Shown here: piece after piece, positions 8,861-13,015 of the stretch
Layout of the letters: the number at the start of each line of letters is the position of its first letter
Numbering within the stretch: position 1 is the first letter of the stretch
Source: Leptospirales bacterium
GTDB taxonomy: Bacteria; Spirochaetota; Leptospiria; Turneriellales; JAOUFE01
Reading direction: 5' to 3'
DNA: 13,015 nt
Assembly (NCBI GenBank): GCA_040326155.1
Contig: JBEQLE010000053.1
Coordinates: 1 to 13,015, forward strand
Translations under genes and position numbers: made by a program
Notes under the pieces: generated by a model
Database searches by the model: none
What the model saw: the letters and a program-made list of their open reading frames with translations, nothing else
Told to the model about the DNA's origin: nothing

Positions 8861-8910
8861 GGTCGGAAATTCCCCATCAGCGAAATTTTCCTGATGGGGA
8901 ATTTCCGACC
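8861..8910. repeat. Perfect 20-bp inverted repeat with 10-nt loop (terminator-like on minus strand, or REP/MITE-like)
   Basis: GGTCGGAAATTCCCCATCAG (8861-8880) is the exact reverse complement of CTGATGGGGAATTTCCGACC (8891-8910). Flanked by A6 (8855-8860) and A9 (8911-8919), so it is followed by T6 on the minus strand. Confidence 0.85.
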
Positions 8911-8925
8911 AAAAAAAAATCACTG

Positions 8926-9066
8926 AACAAGCTGTCATAAACCACATTTTGAGACTACCTGAGTTTAACCGCCAAGCTCGAACGAAACTTGAGGTTAGTT
9001 TGGCGCTCCCATGGCTGACTCAAGTAGCCCTAAAACGTCAGATAAACTTGAAACGTTATCGGCATT
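8926..9066 (+). other. Imperfect long hairpin resembling a degenerate integron attC site
   Basis: 8947-8965 pairs with 9017-9035 (14/19, all mismatches transitions); inner stem 8970-8978 pairs with 8997-9005 (8/9). AAC at 8926-8928 and GTTATCGGCATT at 9055-9066 are nearly symmetric about the stem. Confidence 0.4.
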
Positions 9067-9117
9067 TTTGGCATGTATTTTATGTGAAATTCCAAGAACC
9101 TATTCAATTAAAAATAA

Positions 9118-9155
9118 TTGACAAGATGTAAATATGTGATAATATTTGTATTACA
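9118..9155 (+). promoter_or_regulatory. Sigma70-type promoter and putative antitoxin operator of the TA module
   Basis: TTGACA (9118-9123), 16 bp, TAATAT (9140-9145) preceded by TGn. Palindrome TGTA-T-TACA (9147-9155) just upstream of ATG 9164. Confidence 0.65.
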
Positions 9156-9163
9156 GGTTACTT

Positions 9164-9418
9164 ATGGCAACTTCGATTAGATTACCCAAGGAAATTGAAG
9201 AGAAATTAGAATCAATTTCTCATTCTGAGCATCTTAGCAAATCTCAAATAATTAAGAATTCCTTGGCAGAGTACTTTGACAAACATTATTCTGAAAAAAA
9301 CTCTTATGAATTGGGAAAGAATTATTTTGGAAAATACGGTACCGGACAAAGTGATTTATCAACAAAAAGAAAAGAACATCTGAAGAAGATAATCGATGAA
9401 AAAATGTCTAGTCGATAG
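9164..9418 (+). CDS. Ribbon-helix-helix (CopG-like) antitoxin, VapB-type
   Basis: MATSIRLPKEIEEKLESISHSEHLSKSQIIKNSLAEYF fits the RHH pattern; C-terminal G..G..DLS motif. ATG at 9164 with AGGT upstream is preferred over TTG 9146. Overlaps the PIN gene by 23 bp. Confidence 0.88.
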   Translation: MATSIRLPKEIEEKLESISHSEHLSKSQIIKNSLAEYFDKHYSEKNSYELGKNYFGKYGTGQSDLSTKRKEHLKKIIDEKMSSR

Positions 9419-9794
9419 CGGCCCTTTAGTTGCGCTCTTTAATAATAATGAAGCTATAGATATTATTCAGAAACATGATTTACTGTTATTTACGACGTGG
9501 CCGGTTATAACTGAAGTCGCCTACCTACTCGGTAAAAACCGAAAAATCGTTCAGGATTTTCTTAATTGGACTTACGATGGTGGATTAAGATTATTAGACA
9601 TATCATTATCTGATCTAAACCGAATTATTCATTTGGTGACTAAATATTCGGACGTCCCGATGGATTTTGCAGATGCCAGTTTAGTGGCAATTTCCGAAAG
9701 GGAATCCTTGGACAATATTTTCTCCTTTGATAGTGACTTCTATATTTACCGTCACAAGAAGAAATCATTCAACAACATTTGGAACGACAATTAG
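9396..9794 (+). CDS. vapC: PIN-domain ribonuclease toxin (VapC family)
   Basis: LVDSGPLVAL (D7), TTWPVITE (E40), MDFADASLV (D93), IFSFDSDF (D112/D114) form the PIN acidic active-site set; directly downstream of an RHH gene. Confidence 0.92.
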   Translation: MKKCLVDSGPLVALFNNNEAIDIIQKHDLLLFTTWPVITEVAYLLGKNRKIVQDFLNWTYDGGLRLLDISLSDLNRIIHLVTKYSDVPMDFADASLVAISERESLDNIFSFDSDFYIYRHKKKSFNNIWNDN

Positions 9795-9810
9795 ATTCGT
9801 AATGCCAAAA

Positions 9811-9902
9811 CTGTCGATCTTGAGTTCTTTGGCTATCTGGTTCGGTAGCATTCCCTTACTTTTCATTGATTGTACTTTCTTAAACATTTTTCGTTTCACC
9901 AT
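9811..9902 (-). pseudogene. istA: N-terminal ~30 codons of an IstA-like transposase
   Basis: MVKRKMFKKVQSMKSKGMLPNQIAKELKID resembles IstA N-terminal HTHs (G.S...IA.EL.IDRKTVRKY). The sequence diverges right after 'ID'; no DDE domain or istB is present. Confidence 0.65.
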
Positions 9903-9939
9903 TTTTCCCGCTCCTCTTATTAGGTACGGGACATAAAAA

Positions 9940-10018
9940 ATGTGCACTCCAGCTTTCCAAGCAATGTGTATTTCTACTTTCCGGATCATGTGTATTTCTA
10001 CTTTCCGGACCATGTGTA
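9940..10018. repeat. Direct repeats with 24-bp period (IS terminal transposase-binding repeats)
   Basis: ATGTGTATTTCTACTTTCCGGA exact at 9964-9985 and 9988-10009; degenerate copy at 9940-9961 (14/22); partial ATGTGTA at 10012-10018. Confidence 0.9.
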
Positions 10019-10086
10019 AAACCATGGTTTATTCATGCAAGATTCTAAAACCCATGATGCAGTGATACGACAATCGAACGGAGCAA

Positions 10087-10114
10087 CACAAAAAAACCGA
10101 AGGATTTTTTTGTG
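10087..10114. terminator. Putative bidirectional intrinsic terminator
   Basis: CACAAAAAAA-CC-GAA-GG-A-TTTTTTTGTG hairpin about 20 bp past the stop of the repeat protein gene. The stem is AT-rich, so strength is doubtful. Confidence 0.5.
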
Positions 10115-10135
10115 GATTAAACGAGGTGGGTGAGT

Positions 10136-11071
10136 CTAATCGATTTCGCTGTAAATATAGTCTACTCGATAACCGATGTCGTCATAAGTGTACCATGTGG
10201 CGTCGACTCCCTGTGCGCCAAAATATTTTTCCTGGGAGATATGCCCGGCATCGTATGAATATTTTGCATAATCGAAGAGTACGTCGTCTGTGGTAAACCA
10301 CGTTGCGTCCACCCCGGATGCGCTATAATATTTTACTGAAGAGATCAGGTCATACTCATAAGAGTAATCAGAGTAATCAGCCTGGACATCGTCAGTAGTA
10401 AACCACGTTACGTCTACCCCGGATGCGTTGTAGCCGATAATTTGAGAGACTTTTCCGTTGCTTCCGTAGATAGATGTATCATAGGAGAGAACGTCATCAT
10501 CAGTGGTATACCATGTTGCGTCGACGCCTATCCCATTGTAGATGACTTCTTTTGTAACTTTATTCTTCGAATTATACGATAACCCAATGTACTGCCCAAT
10601 AAGAACGTCGTCTGCGGTGAACCAGAGAGCGTCGACTCCGGCTGCACTATAAGCGACCTTTCTTATTAATTTCCCCGATGAGTCGTAAATAAATTTCCCG
10701 TAGTCGGCGACGACATCGTCGCCGGTAAACCAGAAAGTATCGGCTCCGGCCCCGGTGAGGTGTGTGATAAACTGAACATTTCCTTTCGAATTTACAACAA
10801 AAGAGTTATAATCGAATACCACGTCATCGTCGGTAAACCAGTACCCGTCAGTACCGGGTCCCGTGTAATATTTTACCATGGAAAGTTGCGATATAACGTC
10901 ATATTCATAAAGTTCGTAACCAAGCACGGCACCGGTAGGAATATCATAGTATATCTTTTGTTCCAGGAGGTAGTCGGGATTACTAGAGGTCGAGAGGTCA
11001 ACCGTGGAACCGATACAGTTCATCGTGTTAAACCCCAAAATCATTGACAGAATTAGATATTTAATATTCAT
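10136..11071 (-). CDS. Putative lipoprotein (311 aa) with seven 35-37-aa repeats carrying G-x-D-x-x-W-[FY]-T-x-D-D
   Basis: ATG 11071 with AGAGGTG RBS (11082-11076); signal MNIKYLILSMILGFNTMN-C; seven clear tandem repeats with YD/RHS-like Tyr-rich strands. Confidence 0.85.
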   Translation of the reverse strand: MNIKYLILSMILGFNTMNCIGSTVDLSTSSNPDYLLEQKIYYDIPTGAVLGYELYEYDVISQLSMVKYYTGPGTDGYWFTDDDVVFDYNSFVVNSKGNVQFITHLTGAGADTFWFTGDDVVADYGKFIYDSSGKLIRKVAYSAAGVDALWFTADDVLIGQYIGLSYNSKNKVTKEVIYNGIGVDATWYTTDDDVLSYDTSIYGSNGKVSQIIGYNASGVDVTWFTTDDVQADYSDYSYEYDLISSVKYYSASGVDATWFTTDDVLFDYAKYSYDAGHISQEKYFGAQGVDATWYTYDDIGYRVDYIYSEID

Positions 11072-11128
11072 TAGGCACCTCTTTAGCATAAAAATATGTT
11101 TTACGGAAACAAACGACAATTAATTTAC

Positions 11129-11156
11129 CGTATATCAAAAAAACATATATTGTCAA
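11129..11156 (-). promoter_or_regulatory. Possible promoter of the repeat lipoprotein gene
   Basis: Minus strand TTGACA (11156-11151), 16 bp, TG-A-TATACG; the -10 lacks the last conserved T. Confidence 0.35.
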
Positions 11157-11173
11157 CCGTTTTACGTTACGTG

Positions 11174-13015
11174 CTACAACGGATAGACCTGGACATCAAC
11201 ATCTTGCATTTCGACCATTCCTTCGAGCGCACAGTTGGCGGCAGAAACGGTAGTCGTATAAGGAATATTATGCTGTAACGCGGCGAGACGAATTCCGAAA
11301 GCATCGTTGCGGGTTACAACATCGGTAGGAATATTGATTAGCAGGTCTACGCCACCGCTTTTAATTTTATCGACAATATTCCCAGAACCCTCATGAACCT
11401 TATTAACAGTCTCAACTTCAATACCCTTGTTTTTCATAAAGGCGGCGGTGTTCTTCGTTGCTAGAATTTTGTACCCGGTTTTGGAAGCGCGTAATAAAGA
11501 TTCAACAAAAAGTTCTTTTGTGGAGTCACTTACCGAAATAAAAATAGTTCCTTCGAGTGGTAGGTGGCCCCCGGACGCGGTCTGGGCTTTATAAAAAGCT
11601 TCGGCTGGTGTTTTGCCTATACCCATCACCTCACCTGTTGATTTCATTTCGGGACCAAGCATTGTATCTACACCAGAAAACTTTTTAAAAGGCAGTACAA
11701 CTTCTTTAATATAATATAACGGGGGGTTAAGATTCTCTTTTATTCCCAGCTCGCGAACGGGAATACCGCTCATAACTCTGGTGGCCTCTTTCGCCAGGGA
11801 AATACCCGTGGCCTTGGCGACAAAAGGAACCGTACGACTGGCTCTGGGGTTTACCTCTATAAGGTAAAGCTCATCTTTATAAATGGCATATTGAATATTT
11901 AGAAGCCCTATAACTTTTAACTCCAGGGCAATCTTCCTGGTGGCTTCTTTTATTTCGTTCATCATTTTGTCTGAAACACCGCGAGGGGGTAAAATACAGG
12001 CGCTGTCACCTGAATGGACTCCGGCCTCTTCAATGTGTTCCATAATACCGGCGATAAAAACATCTTTAGAATCACACAAAGCGTCGACATCGAGTTCGGT
12101 AGCGTCCATTAAAAACTGGTCAATTAAAGCGGGACGATTAGCACTAATTTCGGTCGTTTTTTGCATGTACTCACGAAGCTGGTCGGGAGTATGAACAATA
12201 CTCATGGCCCTGCCGCCAAGAACATAAGAGGGTCGAACCAGAATGGGGTATCCAATTTCTTCTGCCGCTTTGAACGCCTCGTCCAGAGAAGTGGCCATCG
12301 TACCATGGGGTTGTTTCAACGAAAGTTTGTTGATCATGTTAGAAAACAGTTCTCGGTCTTCAGCCAGGTTAATACTTTCATAGGAAGTTCCGAGTATAGG
12401 AACTCCGGCCTTGTGCAACCCTTCGGCCAGACGCAAAGGGGTTTGACCCCCAAACTGTAAAATAACACCCAGAACTTTACCGCTTTTCGATTCAACTTCG
12501 ACAATATTTAAAATATTTTCTAGAGTAAGTGGTTCAAAATAGAGACGGTCCGATGTGTCGTAATCGGTAGAAACGGTTTCAGGGTTGGAGTTTACCATTA
12601 TGCTCTCGATACCCATCTCTTGCAAAGCAAAAGAGGCGTGACAACAACAGTAGTCAAATTCAATACCTTGACCAATTCGATTCGGGCCCCCGCCTAAAAT
12701 AATAACTTTATTTTTATCTGAAACTTCCGCTTCACACTCTGTTTCCTGGGTGGAATACAAATAGGGAGTATACGACTCAAATTCAGCAGCGCAGGTATCG
12801 ACCCTTTTATAAACCGGTTTTAAACCGGCAATTTCAGAAGAGTTAAAAAGAAGCTCTTCGTTTTTTTTGATAATAGTAAAAATATTAGTTTGTATATTCA
12901 GGAACTCCCAGGAACCTCTTTCAGCCATAGCAAGTTCATTCACCTCTACATTAATTTCTATAGAGCCCATTAAAACGGCAATCTGGCGCGTACAATATCC
13001 CAATTGCTTCCCTTT
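11174..13015 (-). CDS. carB: Carbamoyl-phosphate synthase large subunit (5' part outside the window)
   Basis: PVYKRVDTCAAEF, ILGGGPNRIGQGIEFDYCCCH, NSNPETVSTDYDTSDRLYFEP, RPSYVLGGRAM, HIEEAGVHSGDS, EVNPRASRTVPF, LGPEMKSTGEVMG and a C-terminal MGS-like domain. The frame stays open to the window edge (KGKQLGY...), so TTG 13003 is not the true start. Confidence 0.99.
   Translation of the reverse strand, partial: KGKQLGYCTRQIAVLMGSIEINVEVNELAMAERGSWEFLNIQTNIFTIIKKNEELLFNSSEIAGLKPVYKRVDTCAAEFESYTPYLYSTQETECEAEVSDKNKVIILGGGPNRIGQGIEFDYCCCHASFALQEMGIESIMVNSNPETVSTDYDTSDRLYFEPLTLENILNIVEVESKSGKVLGVILQFGGQTPLRLAEGLHKAGVPILGTSYESINLAEDRELFSNMINKLSLKQPHGTMATSLDEAFKAAEEIGYPILVRPSYVLGGRAMSIVHTPDQLREYMQKTTEISANRPALIDQFLMDATELDVDALCDSKDVFIAGIMEHIEEAGVHSGDSACILPPRGVSDKMMNEIKEATRKIALELKVIGLLNIQYAIYKDELYLIEVNPRASRTVPFVAKATGISLAKEATRVMSGIPVRELGIKENLNPPLYYIKEVVLPFKKFSGVDTMLGPEMKSTGEVMGIGKTPAEAFYKAQTASGGHLPLEGTIFISVSDSTKELFVESLLRASKTGYKILATKNTAAFMKNKGIEVETVNKVHEGSGNIVDKIKSGGVDLLINIPTDVVTRNDAFGIRLAALQHNIPYTTTVSAANCALEGMVEMQDVDVQVYPL

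Larger units (their letters stand above)
9811..10035 (-). mobile_element. Truncated IS21-family-like element (left end plus start of transposase)
   Basis: Minus strand begins TG at 10035, followed by 24-bp-period subterminal repeats, then a GAGGAG RBS (9916-9911) and ATG 9902 encoding an HTH start that breaks off at ~9811. Confidence 0.7.

Noticed and set aside
8949..9131. 60-aa + strand ORF
   Set aside because: TTG start, no RBS, and it overlies the hairpin and the TA promoter; likely non-coding.
9940..10018. CRISPR mini-array
   Set aside because: The 22-bp units are separated by only 2 bp, with no spacers or cas genes; better explained as IS terminal repeats.
9765..10025. 86-aa ORF as an intact gene
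   Set aside because: Its N-terminus is translated DNA repeat (HMxRKVEI twice), the RBS precedes ATG 9902, and the tail runs antisense into vapC; it is a chimeric remnant.
10136..11071. RHS toxin or diversity-generating retroelement target
   Set aside because: No RHS core/DPxG cleavage motif, toxin tip or immunity gene; no reverse transcriptase or adenine-specific template/variable repeat pair seen.
10760..12460. + strand ORFs at 10760, 11096, 11940 and 12161
   Set aside because: Antisense to the lipoprotein gene or carB; no supporting signals.
1..13015. TAG-to-Gln recoding (suggested by the carB end and TAG-AAT-TAA after the RDD gene)
   Set aside because: The long genes (1513, 522 and >600 aa) contain no internal TAG, and several genes end plausibly at TAG.

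Overview
A 13 kb bacterial chromosomal window, probably spirochaete/Leptospirales-like (inferred from a CarB insertion and a lipoprotein signal style; not proven). Left: the tail of a + strand operon (partial CDS, small acidic/basic protein, SDR). It converges on a tightly coupled minus-strand operon: TetR regulator - TolC-family channel - RND permease - RDD-like membrane protein. The most unusual item is the 1513-aa RND permease, which carries a ~460-aa WD40-like beta-propeller inserted in its second periplasmic loop, in an operon with no membrane-fusion (adaptor) gene. Between this operon and carB (partial, right edge) lies a ~2.3 kb accessory patch: a perfect 20-bp inverted repeat, an attC-like imperfect hairpin followed by an RHH/PIN (VapBC-type) toxin-antitoxin pair, a truncated IS21-like left end with 24-bp-period repeats, and a putative lipoprotein with seven G-x-D-x-x-W-[FY]-T-x-D-D repeats. 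All family assignments come from motif recognition by eye; no searches were run.
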